Shown: piece by piece, positions 1-10,805 of the stretch
Layout: each line of letters opens with the position of its first letter
Position numbering within the stretch: position 1 is the first letter of the stretch
Assembly: GCA_965198225.1 (NCBI GenBank)
Contig: CBDAOY010000005.1
Location: 704,001-768,000 of the forward strand
Source of the DNA: Terriglobia bacterium
GTDB lineage: Bacteria > Acidobacteriota > Terriglobia > 20CM-2-55-15
DNA length: 64,000 nt
Direction of reading: 5' to 3'
Translations under genes and position numbers: made by a program
The notes under the pieces: model-generated
Database searches by the model: none
The model's input: only the letters and a program-made list of their open reading frames with translations
Told to the model about the DNA's origin: nothing

Positions 1-150
1 TCGAGGGTGGCTGGCGAGGCGTCTCAGATTCTTGCCGGGCCCTGGAGATGCGTCGCCAATTACCGGCCAATTCCCGCCAAGCAACACCTCAACGGCCTAC
101 GGCCTACGGCTTACAGGCCGCGTAGCGGCCCAACGACCCACCGGCCAACT
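1..150. repeat. Partial copy of the GTAGGCCGTT...AACGGCCTAC intergenic repeat family
   Basis: Shares GAGGGTGRCTGGCGAG, CTGGAGATGCGTCGCC and AACGGCCTAC with 5249-5413. Confidence 0.7.
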
Positions 151-664
151 ACTCAATTCGCTTTACGAACGTCCCGGAAACCTTGTCCGCCCATGTCAAA
201 TGCTCCGGGTCCACGAACGCCCACAGGAAACCCAGCAGCAGCGGGATGATCGATATGAGGTAGCCGAAACTTCGCATGAAGGCCTCACGCGGCCGCAAGG
301 GATCGCCGTGGCGGTTGACCGCCACCAACCCGTAGTACTGCATCCCGGTGGTCTGGCTCATGCTCAGCATGAACAGAAAAAAGTAGACGGCCAGGAACAG
401 GAGATAGGCGGCTCCGTATATCCCAAGGATTGTCCGATCCAACGGGGTAGCGGCCGACATCTCTGAGACCGTGGCGACCACAAAGATCAGGTAGACGCCG
501 GAAACGATCAGGATGTCGACGAGAAACGCGTAGGCGCGCACGATCAGCATGCCGCGCTGGTAGGACGGAAGCGTGAATTCGGCGGCATGGGCGGCCTCGT
601 CGAAGTCCAGCGCAGGTTGGATCTTCGATAGATCGATGATCCGACGACGCCCCTTGCGTAGCAT
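149..664 (-). CDS. RDD family membrane protein
   Basis: R..AFLVD motif, hydrophobic helices, QTTGM and 'WADKVSGTFV' C-terminus. Confidence 0.85.
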   Translation of the reverse strand: MLRKGRRRIIDLSKIQPALDFDEAAHAAEFTLPSYQRGMLIVRAYAFLVDILIVSGVYLIFVVATVSEMSAATPLDRTILGIYGAAYLLFLAVYFFLFMLSMSQTTGMQYYGLVAVNRHGDPLRPREAFMRSFGYLISIIPLLLGFLWAFVDPEHLTWADKVSGTFVKRIE

Positions 665-778
665 GCCGGCGGAATTCTATCACGGTTCTTGCGACCGACC
701 TCTTTATGTGATTTATTCAACGGGAGCTGTGTTTCGCGCCATCCGGCGGGGAAAGGCGACTACTGCGGTTCCTTTGAT

Positions 779-2857
779 ATGCACGCACTACTACTGGCCC
801 TCCTTCTGATCCCGCTCCAACAGGACGACATCACGGTTTCCGCCGAACTTCTCGAGCGCAGCGGCGATGTCATTACTTACACCGGCAACGTAGTCGTGAC
901 ATACGGCGAGTTCGAGGTCCGAGCAGCTTCTATCACTGTCAACCGAGCCACGGAGGATCTGGAAGCGAACCAGGGAGTCACGTTCATCCATGGCGAAGAG
1001 CGGCTTTCGGGTAGTCGGCTCGAGATGAACCTGAACACTCTCGTGGGCGTTCTATTGGACGGGGAAGGTTCGCTCGGGCCGGGGTTCCTGGTCACTGCGT
1101 CCGAAATCCGTCGCGACGAGAACGGTCTCTACGAGCTGTTCGATGCCACGATCACGACCTGCGACGAAGCAGGTCACAAAGGCTGGGAGTTCTCCGCGGA
1201 ACGGGCACGCATCGATCCGTCCGCGCATGTCCGCGCCTCGAACTCACTATTCAGGATCAAGAGCGTTCCGATCTTCTACCTGCCCTACCTGAGCGCTCCA
1301 GTCGAGACCAGGCCCCGGTCGACGGGTTTCCTGCTGCCCCAGACTTCGACATCCACGACGAAGGGGCGCAGTTTGCGGGAGTCCTTTTACTACGTCATCA
1401 ACCGCAGCGCCGACGTCATGCTGACCGGCGAGTATTTCACAGAGCGAGGGATGGCGGGAGCGGTCGACTTCCGCGCGGTACCCAATACTCGCACCCGCGT
1501 CGAGGTGGACACCTTCTTTGCCGACGACCGGCAGGGTGAAGGTGGTTTGAGCGCGACGATCCTGGGAACTACGGAGCTGGGCGATGGATTCCGCGCCGTC
1601 GCGGACATGGATCTGGTCAGCTCGTTCGCCTTCCGGCAGGTGTTTGAGGAAGGCTTCGACCTGATCTCGTCCCCGACGGAAAACTCCCGCGCGTTCGCGA
1701 CTTACAAAACAGGTCCAGCGACGTACAACTTCCTCTACAGCCGCAGCGGCACGTTCTTCGTCAACCAACCCACGGCGATACTGCGCAAGTTTCCCTCGGC
1801 CGACGTGTCGTTCCATGCTCGGCAGATCGGAAATCTGCCTATCTACTTCAGCGTTGATGGGAGTTTCTCCGGAATGCATCGCCGGGACGGAGCACTGGAA
1901 ACCCCGGCTTTTGTCGAGCGGATCGACTTCCACCCCAGTATCGAGATTCCCGTCCTCCGTGGAGCCGGCTTCAGCTGGAGCCACCGTCTCGGTATCCGGG
2001 AAACCTTCTACTCGCACAGTCAGCGGCCCATCGTCGAGCGAGAGTCGTTGAGCCGTACGTCTTTCGACTACCAGTTCGAATTCTCGGGGCCTCAACTGGA
2101 ACGTGACTTCGGCAGGTGGAAGCACGTTATCGAACCGCATGTCGAGTACCGGTACGTGACCGGGGTCGATCGATTCCTCGACACCCTGCTGGTGGACGAG
2201 ACCGATCTCTATACCGACACCAACGAGGTCCGGTACGGAATAACAAATCGATTCTTCACCGACAGGGAGATCTTGAGCTGGACCGTGTCCCAGAAGTACT
2301 TCAGCGATCCTACTTTTGGTGGTGCCTTAGTTCCGGGACGAAAGAACCTTCTGAGCCCCCTGATGGACCTGACCGGCTTCGGTTTTGCCGACGAGGAACG
2401 CCGGTTTTCTCCTCTCGTTTCGATTCTCCGCTTCTCTCCCCGGAGCGGCCGCACGACCGATCTGCAGATCGACTACGATACGGTCCGAAACCACTTCAGG
2501 AGTGCCGGGGTCATCGGCGGTTACCAGGAAGGTCCGAGCTTCTTCAACGTCGCGTACTTCTTCACCCGGAGGAGTCCAATCCAGTTGCCGAGCAACCAGA
2601 TTCGCGCCACAGTGGGGTACGGGGATTCATCCAGGCGCGGGCTGAACGGTGCGTTCAGCTTCGCCTACAACATCGATCAGGCGTTTTTCCAGGCTACGAC
2701 CGCACAGGTTAGCTATAATACCGACTGTTACGGACTGCATATTGAGTTCAATCAGTTCGATCTGGGCCCCCGCCGGGAAAGTCGTATTCGGTTTTCCTTT
2801 TCACTGACAAATCTCGGATCAATCGGCACCCTGCGAAGCCAGGACCGGCTGTTTTGA
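779..2857 (+). CDS. lptD: LPS-assembly protein LptD
   Basis: Signal-like N-terminus at ATG 779, OstA-like N-domain, 'TTC...W' and 'PIFYLPY...RSTGFLLP' motifs, beta-barrel C-terminus. Confidence 0.85.
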   Translation: MHALLLALLLIPLQQDDITVSAELLERSGDVITYTGNVVVTYGEFEVRAASITVNRATEDLEANQGVTFIHGEERLSGSRLEMNLNTLVGVLLDGEGSLGPGFLVTASEIRRDENGLYELFDATITTCDEAGHKGWEFSAERARIDPSAHVRASNSLFRIKSVPIFYLPYLSAPVETRPRSTGFLLPQTSTSTTKGRSLRESFYYVINRSADVMLTGEYFTERGMAGAVDFRAVPNTRTRVEVDTFFADDRQGEGGLSATILGTTELGDGFRAVADMDLVSSFAFRQVFEEGFDLISSPTENSRAFATYKTGPATYNFLYSRSGTFFVNQPTAILRKFPSADVSFHARQIGNLPIYFSVDGSFSGMHRRDGALETPAFVERIDFHPSIEIPVLRGAGFSWSHRLGIRETFYSHSQRPIVERESLSRTSFDYQFEFSGPQLERDFGRWKHVIEPHVEYRYVTGVDRFLDTLLVDETDLYTDTNEVRYGITNRFFTDREILSWTVSQKYFSDPTFGGALVPGRKNLLSPLMDLTGFGFADEERRFSPLVSILRFSPRSGRTTDLQIDYDTVRNHFRSAGVIGGYQEGPSFFNVAYFFTRRSPIQLPSNQIRATVGYGDSSRRGLNGAFSFAYNIDQAFFQATTAQVSYNTDCYGLHIEFNQFDLGPRRESRIRFSFSLTNLGSIGTLRSQDRLF

Positions 2858-2895
2858 GTGGAGGCCGCGTCCGAACTGGTCTCCTGGTTTAGAAG

Positions 2896-3870
2896 ATGCC
2901 TTTTCCCCTCCATCGCATGCGCCGGCTCAGACGCAACGAACGATTTCGCGCTCTGGTCCGCGAAACCCAGCTTACTCCGGAGAGCTTCATCTTTCCAATC
3001 TTCGTCTGCCCTGGCGAGAGCGTTCGAACCGATATTCCGTCGATGCCGGGACAGTACAATTTTTCCGTCGACAACGCGGTTTCGATGGCACAGCTCGTCG
3101 CGAAGGTCGGCGTCGGCGGGGTGATGCTTTTCGGCATACCTGAAAGTAAAGATGATGTCGGTTCCGGCGCTTATGCCGAAGACGGAATAGTCCAGACGGC
3201 TCTCCGGGCGATCCGCCAGAACGTGCCCGACCTGATCCTGGTCGGCGATGTGTGTCTGTGTGAGTACACTTCCCACGGTCATTGCGGTGTGGTCAAGGAT
3301 GGGGACGTTGAGAATGATCCCACGCTGGAGCTTCTCAGACGAACAGCAGTAAGCCAGGTCGAGGCGGGAGCCGACATGGTTGCTCCGTCCGACATGATGG
3401 ACGGGCGTGTCGGAGCGATACGGCTCGGGCTGGACGAGGCGGGGTTCGACGACATCCCGATCATGTCCTACGCCGCAAAGTACGCTTCGGCCTTCTACGG
3501 CCCGTTTCGCGAGGCGGCTGGATCGACTCCGCAGTTCGGCGACCGACGAAGCTACCAGATGGATCCTCCAAACGCCCGCGAGGCTTTGCGGGAGATCGAG
3601 CTCGATATCGAGGAAGGCGCCGATATCGTCATGGTCAAACCCGCGATGCCCTACCTCGACATCATCAGCAGAGCGCATGACGCGTTCGAAGTGCCCCTGG
3701 CGGCCTACCAGGTCAGCGGCGAATACGCCATGATCGAAGCTGCTACAGCGAATGGTTGGCTGGATCGAGACCGCACAATCCTGGAAGCCGCAACTGCAAT
3801 CAAGCGCGCGGGTGCCGACGTCCTTATTACGTATTACGCCCTGGAACTAGCCCGAATACTGAACAAGTGA
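2896..3870 (+). CDS. hemB: Porphobilinogen synthase
   Basis: [37 protein letters not shown] motifs. Confidence 0.97.
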   Translation: MPFPLHRMRRLRRNERFRALVRETQLTPESFIFPIFVCPGESVRTDIPSMPGQYNFSVDNAVSMAQLVAKVGVGGVMLFGIPESKDDVGSGAYAEDGIVQTALRAIRQNVPDLILVGDVCLCEYTSHGHCGVVKDGDVENDPTLELLRRTAVSQVEAGADMVAPSDMMDGRVGAIRLGLDEAGFDDIPIMSYAAKYASAFYGPFREAAGSTPQFGDRRSYQMDPPNAREALREIELDIEEGADIVMVKPAMPYLDIISRAHDAFEVPLAAYQVSGEYAMIEAATANGWLDRDRTILEAATAIKRAGADVLITYYALELARILNK

Positions 3871-3872
3871 TT

Positions 3873-3947
3873 GTAGGTGCGCTCTATGAGCGCACAACCC
3901 ACAAGTTGGAACAATGTGCGGTCATAGACGTCATAGACCGCCCCTAC
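3873..3947. repeat. GTAG-type REP doublet (REPIN-like)
   Basis: GTAGGTGCGCTCTATGAGCGCACA...TGTGCGGTCATAGACCGCCCCTAC; same family at 16855, 22101, 25887, 28092. Confidence 0.85.
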
Positions 3948-3955
3948 ACTGACCC

Positions 3956-5227
3956 ATGAGCAAATCTGAAGACCTGTTCCAACGAGCGGAACGAGTAATG
4001 CCCGGCGGCGTCAATTCGCCTGTTCGCGCCTTCCGGGCTGTCGGCGGTAAGCCCGTCTTCATCGAGAGCGGGGAGGGACCGCGACTCCGGGATGTCGACG
4101 GAAACACTTACATCGACTACATCGGATCGTGGGGACCCTTGATTGCCGGGCATCGTCCACCCGCGGTGACGAAAGCCCTGGCGAGAATCCTGGACGAAGT
4201 CGGGACGTCTTTCGGCGCTCCCACTGCACCCGAGATCGAGCTGGCGGAACTGATCTGTGAGCTGCTGCCGTCCGTCCACAAGTTACGGCTCGTCAATTCC
4301 GGCACCGAGGCGACGATGAGCGCGATCCGTCTTGCCAGGGGTTTCACCGGACGGGACAAGATCGTCAAGTTCGATGGCTGCTACCACGGTCACGGCGACA
4401 GTCTCCTGGTTCGAGCCGGTTCCGGAGTCGCGACGTTGGGTCTGCCCGACAGTCCCGGTGTTCCACCCGGGCTGGCCGAACTGACACTGGTCATGCCATT
4501 CAACGATTCCGCCGCACTCGAGGGTTTGTTCCACCGAACGGGAGGCGAGATCGCCTGTGTCATCATCGAGCCGGTCGCGGGAAATATGGGCTGCGTCCCG
4601 CCGGAACCGGGCTATCTGGAACTCCTCCGAGAGCTGACCTTTCGGTCGGGAACGGTGTTGATCTTCGACGAAGTCATGACCGGATTCCGCGTGTCTCTCG
4701 GCGGTGCACAGAAGTTGTTCGGGATTCGGCCGGATCTTACCACCATGGGCAAGATCATCGGCGGCGGCCTGCCTGTGGGAGCCTACGGCGGTCGGGCCGA
4801 CATCATGGATCGAGTTGCGCCCGTCGGGCCGGTGTACCAGGCGGGGACTCTGTCAGGCAACCCCCTGGCGGTCGCGGCCGGGCTGGCCGCACTCGAAACG
4901 CTCAGATCGGAGAATCCCTACGATCGGCTCGAAGAGTTGAGTGCGCGCCTGGAGCGCGGGATCAATGAGACGGCAGTGGAGAAAGGAGCCCGAGTTGTCG
5001 TCAATCGAGTCGGTTCAATGCTGACCCTGTTCTTCAACGAGCAACCCGTCACGGACTTTGCGACCGCGAAGACCTCGGACACCGACCGCTTCTCGGAATT
5101 CCACCAGGCGATGCTCCGACACGGTGTGTACTGGCCCCCCTCTCAGTTTGAGGCGGCATTCGTGTCCGCAGCCCACACCGAAGCGGATATCGATGAGACG
5201 GTCGAAGCGATCAGAGAATCCATGTAG
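3956..5227 (+). CDS. hemL: Glutamate-1-semialdehyde 2,1-aminomutase
   Basis: [45 protein letters not shown]. Confidence 0.97.
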   Translation: MSKSEDLFQRAERVMPGGVNSPVRAFRAVGGKPVFIESGEGPRLRDVDGNTYIDYIGSWGPLIAGHRPPAVTKALARILDEVGTSFGAPTAPEIELAELICELLPSVHKLRLVNSGTEATMSAIRLARGFTGRDKIVKFDGCYHGHGDSLLVRAGSGVATLGLPDSPGVPPGLAELTLVMPFNDSAALEGLFHRTGGEIACVIIEPVAGNMGCVPPEPGYLELLRELTFRSGTVLIFDEVMTGFRVSLGGAQKLFGIRPDLTTMGKIIGGGLPVGAYGGRADIMDRVAPVGPVYQAGTLSGNPLAVAAGLAALETLRSENPYDRLEELSARLERGINETAVEKGARVVVNRVGSMLTLFFNEQPVTDFATAKTSDTDRFSEFHQAMLRHGVYWPPSQFEAAFVSAAHTEADIDETVEAIRESM

Positions 5228-5248
5228 GTGCGGAGTAGTCAGTAGTCC

Positions 5249-5413
5249 GTAGGCCGTTATGGTGTCGCTTACCGACAATTTTGAGGGTGACTGGCGAGGA
5301 ATTGCCGCCCTTCATGTATGCCGTTGCGGTCAGATTCCTGTCAGGCACTGGAGATGCGTCGCCGGTTACCGACGAATCCCCTCCAGGCGAAACCACAACG
5401 GGTAACGGCCTAC
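5249..5413. repeat. MITE/REP-like element with GTAGGCCGTT terminal inverted repeats
   Basis: Ends GTAGGCCGTT / AACGGCCTAC, flanked by short tandem repeats; related copies at 1-150 and 18469-18610. Confidence 0.75.
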
Positions 5414-5416
5414 GGT

Positions 5417-6319
5417 CTACGGACTACGGACAACGTCCTCCGCACAGCGGAAGCCGACTGTCGTCGACCGGACTTCAGGGTCCGCGTAGCTGCGGAAGTG
5501 ATTCATGAGGTTGCGATCGTCGCTGTCGGACCAGCCGCCGCCTCGAATGATCTTGTACTTCCCGTCGGGCCCCTGAGGATTCTCGAGCGGGCTGACGCTG
5601 TAATAGTTGCGGTAGTACCAATCGTTGACCCACTCCCAGACGTTGCCCGACATGTCGTTGACACCGTACCCATTCGACGGGTATGAACCGACCGGGGCCG
5701 GACCGAAGGGATAGTTCGTGTGGGCCCGGTTTCCTGTCTTCGCGGCGATGCTGTCGTCGTTGACTTCGTATCCTTCCAGACCGAGCCCTTCGTCACCCCA
5801 CGGGAACTTCTTCCGGTCCAGACCACCCCGGGCCGCTTTCTCCCATTCGGCTTCCGTGGGTAACCGCTTACCCGCCGACGCGCAGTACGAGTCGGCTTCT
5901 TCCCAGCTGACGTTGTAGACCGGAAGGCGCTCGTCTCCGGGGGCGATCGCTCCCTTCGGCCATTGCCAGGGCTTCAACGAGCCGGTTGCATCGACGAACT
6001 TCGAGTACTCTGCGTTGGTGACTTCGTTCTGATCGATGAAAAACCCGTCCAGGTACACTCGATGGGCCGGCGTGTTGTCCTGCCGGTCCCGTTCGAACCA
6101 CCCGATCGCGTCGACCAGGAAGAAGTGCACCCTGCCCATCCAGAATTCCCCGGCAGGTACAAACTCCATCCCGTCCGGCGGGGTCGGAGGAGTTTGGGGT
6201 TCGCGTTCCGCGGGCTCGACCTCGGCAGGTTCAGCCGGCGGTGTCTGGGGTTCGGGGGTCTGTGGATACGCCGCGGAAGCGAACGTCAAGATCAGGAGAA
6301 CCGCAGGGAGTTGTCGCAT
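5417..6319 (-). CDS. Formylglycine-generating enzyme (SUMF1/FGE-sulfatase) domain protein, exported
   Basis: RLPTEAEWEKAARGG, DMSGNVWEW, RGGGW, GFRC motifs; signal peptide. Confidence 0.9.
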   Translation of the reverse strand: MRQLPAVLLILTFASAAYPQTPEPQTPPAEPAEVEPAEREPQTPPTPPDGMEFVPAGEFWMGRVHFFLVDAIGWFERDRQDNTPAHRVYLDGFFIDQNEVTNAEYSKFVDATGSLKPWQWPKGAIAPGDERLPVYNVSWEEADSYCASAGKRLPTEAEWEKAARGGLDRKKFPWGDEGLGLEGYEVNDDSIAAKTGNRAHTNYPFGPAPVGSYPSNGYGVNDMSGNVWEWVNDWYYRNYYSVSPLENPQGPDGKYKIIRGGGWSDSDDRNLMNHFRSYADPEVRSTTVGFRCAEDVVRSP

Positions 6320-6381
6320 AGTTATGGGGCTATCAGCGCTCAGGCTTCAGGCAGGATAGCTGAACGCTGATAGGTTACAGA

Positions 6382-7782
6382 TCATCCAAATATTTCGTCG
6401 ATCGAGTCGCCGCTGATGAATTCCCCGCCGCCGATCGGAGCGGTCTGCACGTAGTCGTAAGCGCGGCCCGACGGCGTATTCTCGTAGCGCTTCGTCCAGT
6501 CTATTCCGAGAGCGGAATAGACGGTCCCGATGATGTTGTCCATCGCCGGCTGCTCCGGGTGCTTCCAACCGGGGTCGATGCACTTGGAGCAATCCTCGTT
6601 CGTGGCGCCGATGATCTGGGTCTCTTTCTTCACGCCGCCACCGAGGAACAGACACGTAAAGGTTTCGCCGTAATGGTCGCGACCCTCCACGTTGTTCATG
6701 TACGGCATCCGACCGAATTCGCTCGCGGCCACGACAAGGGTTTCGTCCAGCAGCGATTTGCCCGGTTCATGGCCCGGCATCGAGTCCAGGTCCTTGATGA
6801 GGTTGCTGAACGCGTTGTCCCACGCCAGGCACGTCACGTAATGATTCGACCTCTTCGTGCGATCGAAGATGAAGCTGTGGTGGTCCCAGGGTTGGCGGCC
6901 GTCGATGACATAGGCAAGGCGGGTACCTGCATCGGCGGCGATGAGATTCTTGGCGATGATGCAGCCCATGCCGAACCCGTTCGCGTACCGTTCCTTCTCT
7001 TCCTCGCTGACTTCGAAGACTTTTTTCCAGCGCGGGTCGTCGAGGGTGAGGTAGGCGTTCTGGTAGAAGGCCTTGTAATCCGACGCCTTTTTCCCCAGCG
7101 ACGCTCTCACTGCGGGAGAAACTTCCGAGAGTTTCAACAACGCGTCGTAGCGCTCTATCAGCGCCGTATCGGCCGCTTCGCCGGGTTTGCCGGCGAAGCT
7201 GTCGAAAGCGGATGCGGGATCGAGATCGATACCCGTGAATTGAGGCGGGAAAAACCCCGATCCGATGGCGCCCACGCGCGCCCTTCCCAGACCCATACTC
7301 ATGTAGGTCGGGAAAGTGTCTGAATCTCGGCGCTCATCATCCAACTCCGCGGAAACCACACTTCCGAAGGCGGGGATTTCCTTGGCCACTGCCTGGTTCA
7401 GGGATCGGCCCGTCTGTGTGTGGTATTGACCGGTAAAATGCGCCAGTTCAGGCGCGCGCATCGACCGCACAAAACTGGTACGGGGAGCCCAGTCCATATA
7501 ATTCGGGAAGAGCATCTTCGACATGTACAGGTCGCCGACAACATGCTGTATGTCGAGATCCTTCGGTGTCTGTCGCGTCTCCTTGAGGTCCCAACACTCC
7601 ATCGGACTGATCGCGCCCGGCAGTTCAATGAAGATGCAGTTGCGCGCCGTACCGCGCGGCGAGGCCTGGGGTGATGCGCTTACGAGTTTGGGCCAGCCGA
7701 TCTGGTCGGCCGCGGTTGCGGCCAGCGCGATTCCCCCGAACTTCAAAATGTCGCGGCGGGTTGGTTGATATCGCCTTCGCAT
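6382..7782 (-). CDS. DUF1501 domain protein with Tat signal
   Basis: TRRDILK twin-arginine motif, 'WDHH', 'LLDETLVVAASEFGRMP...GRDH'. Confidence 0.88.
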   Translation of the reverse strand: MRRRYQPTRRDILKFGGIALAATAADQIGWPKLVSASPQASPRGTARNCIFIELPGAISPMECWDLKETRQTPKDLDIQHVVGDLYMSKMLFPNYMDWAPRTSFVRSMRAPELAHFTGQYHTQTGRSLNQAVAKEIPAFGSVVSAELDDERRDSDTFPTYMSMGLGRARVGAIGSGFFPPQFTGIDLDPASAFDSFAGKPGEAADTALIERYDALLKLSEVSPAVRASLGKKASDYKAFYQNAYLTLDDPRWKKVFEVSEEEKERYANGFGMGCIIAKNLIAADAGTRLAYVIDGRQPWDHHSFIFDRTKRSNHYVTCLAWDNAFSNLIKDLDSMPGHEPGKSLLDETLVVAASEFGRMPYMNNVEGRDHYGETFTCLFLGGGVKKETQIIGATNEDCSKCIDPGWKHPEQPAMDNIIGTVYSALGIDWTKRYENTPSGRAYDYVQTAPIGGGEFISGDSIDEIFG

Positions 7783-7816
7783 TTGTACTCTCCCGAAATA
7801 ATCTCTTCTGATGCTC

Positions 7817-9736
7817 TTAATGGTTCAGCAGGAATTCAGTGCTGTTCAGCAGCGCCCACTGAACATTCTCCAGGCCGACCTTTCGGTCCCTCTCCATCAA
7901 CTGCAGCGCCACGTCGATCTCCTCCGGCGTGGGTTGTCGTGAAAGGGTCGACATGAAGATGTCCTCGACGATTTCCTGCTGGGTCCGACCTGATTCAAGC
8001 AGACGCTGCAATCGGCTTCCCTCGCTGGCCGTGGAACGATTCGTCACCACGTCTGAAACCATCATCAGCATCGCTTGCAGCGGGGATGCCTTGTTCCCCT
8101 GAAACGCCGGTGTCTCACGCGTGCTCTGGAAGAATGCCTGCATCAGCGCGTACAGGGCCGTTCCTTCATTGGGTCCTTCTGAGCCCCGTTGCCGGCCCGA
8201 TACGCCGTTGGGGGCGGCAAGCTCCTTCACGCGCGAAACAGGCTGGCCCTTGAGCGAGAAATTGTAGGGTTGGTCCGTCGCCTGAGCGATGACGTCCGCC
8301 AACTCGGGCCCGGTCAATACCCGTACGAACCGGCGGGAGTAGTAAGGTGTGTACTCATCCTTCCACTCACCTGGAAACTTCGTCGACAGCTGGTAGGCGC
8401 TGGATTTCATGACCGTCCTGATCAGGTGATGAATACTGAAATCGTTCGCCCGGAAATCTTCGGCCAGCGCATCGAGAAGTGCCGGATTCGTGGGCTGAAT
8501 CGTCCAGGGGGCGGGTGGAGGATTGTCCGGATCCAGGCGAGCCAGATCGAACGAATCATAGGGCTCGACAAACCCAACCACCATGAGCTTGCCCCAGATG
8601 AGGTTCGCCGCAGCACGACCGAACTGGATGTGCGTCGGGATGATTCGTGCCAGAGCCTTTCGTGGATCCTCGTCCGGCCGAGGCTGTTCGCCCGTGAGGA
8701 GGAATGCGGGCTCGTACGTCCTCCCATCGCGCGGGAACCGCGCTTTGGCCAGGGTGTAGAAGGGGGCGTCATCTCCCGTGCCGTAGCCGGGGGCCTCGTT
8801 GTCCATGATCGTGTTCGCGTTCGACACGTTCAGCGCACGATCGCTGTAACTGACGACGGCACGCATCTTCCCGAAGAACGCCGCGTTCTTGTGAAACTCT
8901 TCTCGCGTCTTTTCGGTCAGGTAAAGATTGATGCTTTCGAGATGACCAGCTCCGTCATGACATGAGACGCAATCCAGGTTGAGGCCCAGAAAGATCCGGG
9001 CGACTTCGACTGAGACTTCGTCCACGAAATCCAGACGATCCATCAGGTGGTAGTTGTCCGCGTCGGTCGGGCTGACCGCGCGCGTAGCGGTATAGAGAGG
9101 TCCTCTGTAGAATTCGAGTACGGGCATCATCGTGTGGCTCTTTGCCGCGGTCGTGAGCATGTCGTACATGACCTCGTCATAGGGTCGGTCGACCTTCAGC
9201 CACTGCTTGTTGAACCACTGGAACGACTGGTCCCGCACGCGAAAGAGATCGCCCCAGAACCAGGCCCATTGCTCGGCGAACTCGTCGGTGCCGATCAGGG
9301 AGTCGATCAGCTTGTCGCGCTTGTCCGCTTCGCTGTTGGCGACGAACGCCCGCACGGCGTCCGGACTCGGTATCAGGCCCGTCGCATCCAGATAGGCGCG
9401 TCGGATGAACTCTTGATCGCTCGCCAGGGGAGAGTGAGGAATCCCATCGCGCTCGATACGACCGAAGATGTGGTCATCGACGAGGTTCTTCCGTGGAATC
9501 TCTCCCACGTCGAATGAGGCGGGAAGCGAGCCCGCGACCGCTTCCGTCAACCGACTGGCTTCGGCAGCTTTATCTTCGGCATTCGCGAAGATTCCTTCGT
9601 GCGCCTTCTCGATGGCGTCATGCTGCTGGATCGTCGGGGCCTTCGGCTTCTGAGGCGGCTTTTGCTGTTGCGCGAAGAGGGTCAGTGTGACCGATAGGCA
9701 AAGAATCGATAGCACCGCCACTTTCCATGGCTGCAT
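7817..9736 (-). CDS. DUF1549/DUF1553 (PSCyt2/PSD1) domain protein
   Basis: 'FIRRAYLDATG', CVSCH motif, 'PTNPALLDALAEDF', 'WALLNSTEFLLNH'. Confidence 0.9.
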   Translation of the reverse strand: MQPWKVAVLSILCLSVTLTLFAQQQKPPQKPKAPTIQQHDAIEKAHEGIFANAEDKAAEASRLTEAVAGSLPASFDVGEIPRKNLVDDHIFGRIERDGIPHSPLASDQEFIRRAYLDATGLIPSPDAVRAFVANSEADKRDKLIDSLIGTDEFAEQWAWFWGDLFRVRDQSFQWFNKQWLKVDRPYDEVMYDMLTTAAKSHTMMPVLEFYRGPLYTATRAVSPTDADNYHLMDRLDFVDEVSVEVARIFLGLNLDCVSCHDGAGHLESINLYLTEKTREEFHKNAAFFGKMRAVVSYSDRALNVSNANTIMDNEAPGYGTGDDAPFYTLAKARFPRDGRTYEPAFLLTGEQPRPDEDPRKALARIIPTHIQFGRAAANLIWGKLMVVGFVEPYDSFDLARLDPDNPPPAPWTIQPTNPALLDALAEDFRANDFSIHHLIRTVMKSSAYQLSTKFPGEWKDEYTPYYSRRFVRVLTGPELADVIAQATDQPYNFSLKGQPVSRVKELAAPNGVSGRQRGSEGPNEGTALYALMQAFFQSTRETPAFQGNKASPLQAMLMMVSDVVTNRSTASEGSRLQRLLESGRTQQEIVEDIFMSTLSRQPTPEEIDVALQLMERDRKVGLENVQWALLNSTEFLLNH

Positions 9737-9927
9737 GTTGGGTCCTCCCTCGGAAACTTCGTATGAGTGCTGTTTGCGTAAGTACTAGAAGTAACTGCCC
9801 TAGTTTATATAACTGTCCCCTGTCGGTGGCAAGAAAAACAGGAGCATTCGCCCGAACTTCTCACGAATCTTCGGGCACCCTTTGCCACCGACACTAGTGA
9901 CCTGCTGTCGGGGAATTCGGGTACGGG

Positions 9928-10083
9928 GAATTCGGGGACGGAGACCGAATTCCAGTGTGGACCGAGATCGGGGACGGAGACCGGACTCTTGGGAACCGAA
10001 AACGACGGTTTTAAGGTCCTGGTAATTCGGTCTCCGTCCCCGATCTCGTCAGGTTGGCGAATTCGGTCTCCGTCCCCGAATTC
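9928..10083. repeat. Nested palindromic repeat (GGGGACGGAGACC family)
   Basis: GAATTCGGGGACGGAGACCGAATTC at 9928 is inverted at 10059-10083; inner GAGATCGGGGACGGAGACCG is inverted at 10028-10047. Confidence 0.8.
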
Positions 10084-10127
10084 AACGCTTCGATGGTCGG
10101 CCGGCGTATCCGGGTGAGAGATGCGGG

Positions 10128-10805
10128 TTAGCGGAACACTTCGAAGGTTTCGTCCTTGAGTTCGTAGAGTCGCAACCTCTGGATCTTTCCGTCTTCGGCA
10201 AACTGGAAGAAGGCGGCGCCGGGGACCGTGAACTTCTTTTCTCCATCCCGGAACGTGTAGATGGCTGTGAATTCCACTGAAACGGCCAGTCCGCCCCACG
10301 GTAACGGGGTCGCGTAGAACAGGTTAGCGGTAATCTCCCTGGCCGTTTGGTCATTGATACGGTAGAAGAGGTCGAAGAACGTTGTGCCGTAGTAGTCGGC
10401 CCAGGCTCGAACTCCCGAATGTTCGTAGTACATCACCGGTCCCAGTTGGTGTTCGTTGGGTCGGACGAAAAAGAAGGCGTCAGGGCGGTATAGTTCGACG
10501 AAGCTCTCCACGAACGGTTCCGGGTCCAGAAGTTCAGGTTCCGGTTCGGGCTCCACAGGTTCCGGTTCCTCCGATTCCGGTTCTTCCGTTTGAGACTCGG
10601 CCACGCGGTTCTCGGCGTTCTCGGGGGACCAGTCGTCGAGAGCGTTCAAACGGGCAAACCATTCTCGCACCAGCGCTTCCGGGTCGAGAGCGGCTTCCGA
10701 GCCGGCACCTTCCGGTGCTTGCGGACTGTCTTGCGAGTAGGCGGGCGGTAGAGGGACGAGGGTCAGAATCAGTCCGACGATGATGTGCAATTTGGTACCT
10801 GCCAT
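10128..10805 (-). CDS. Exported hypothetical protein, possibly SnoaL/NTF2-like fold
   Basis: Signal peptide, acidic EP-rich linker, 'GAAFFQFAEDGKIQRLRLY' C-terminus. Confidence 0.6.
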   Translation of the reverse strand: MAGTKLHIIVGLILTLVPLPPAYSQDSPQAPEGAGSEAALDPEALVREWFARLNALDDWSPENAENRVAESQTEEPESEEPEPVEPEPEPELLDPEPFVESFVELYRPDAFFFVRPNEHQLGPVMYYEHSGVRAWADYYGTTFFDLFYRINDQTAREITANLFYATPLPWGGLAVSVEFTAIYTFRDGEKKFTVPGAAFFQFAEDGKIQRLRLYELKDETFEVFR

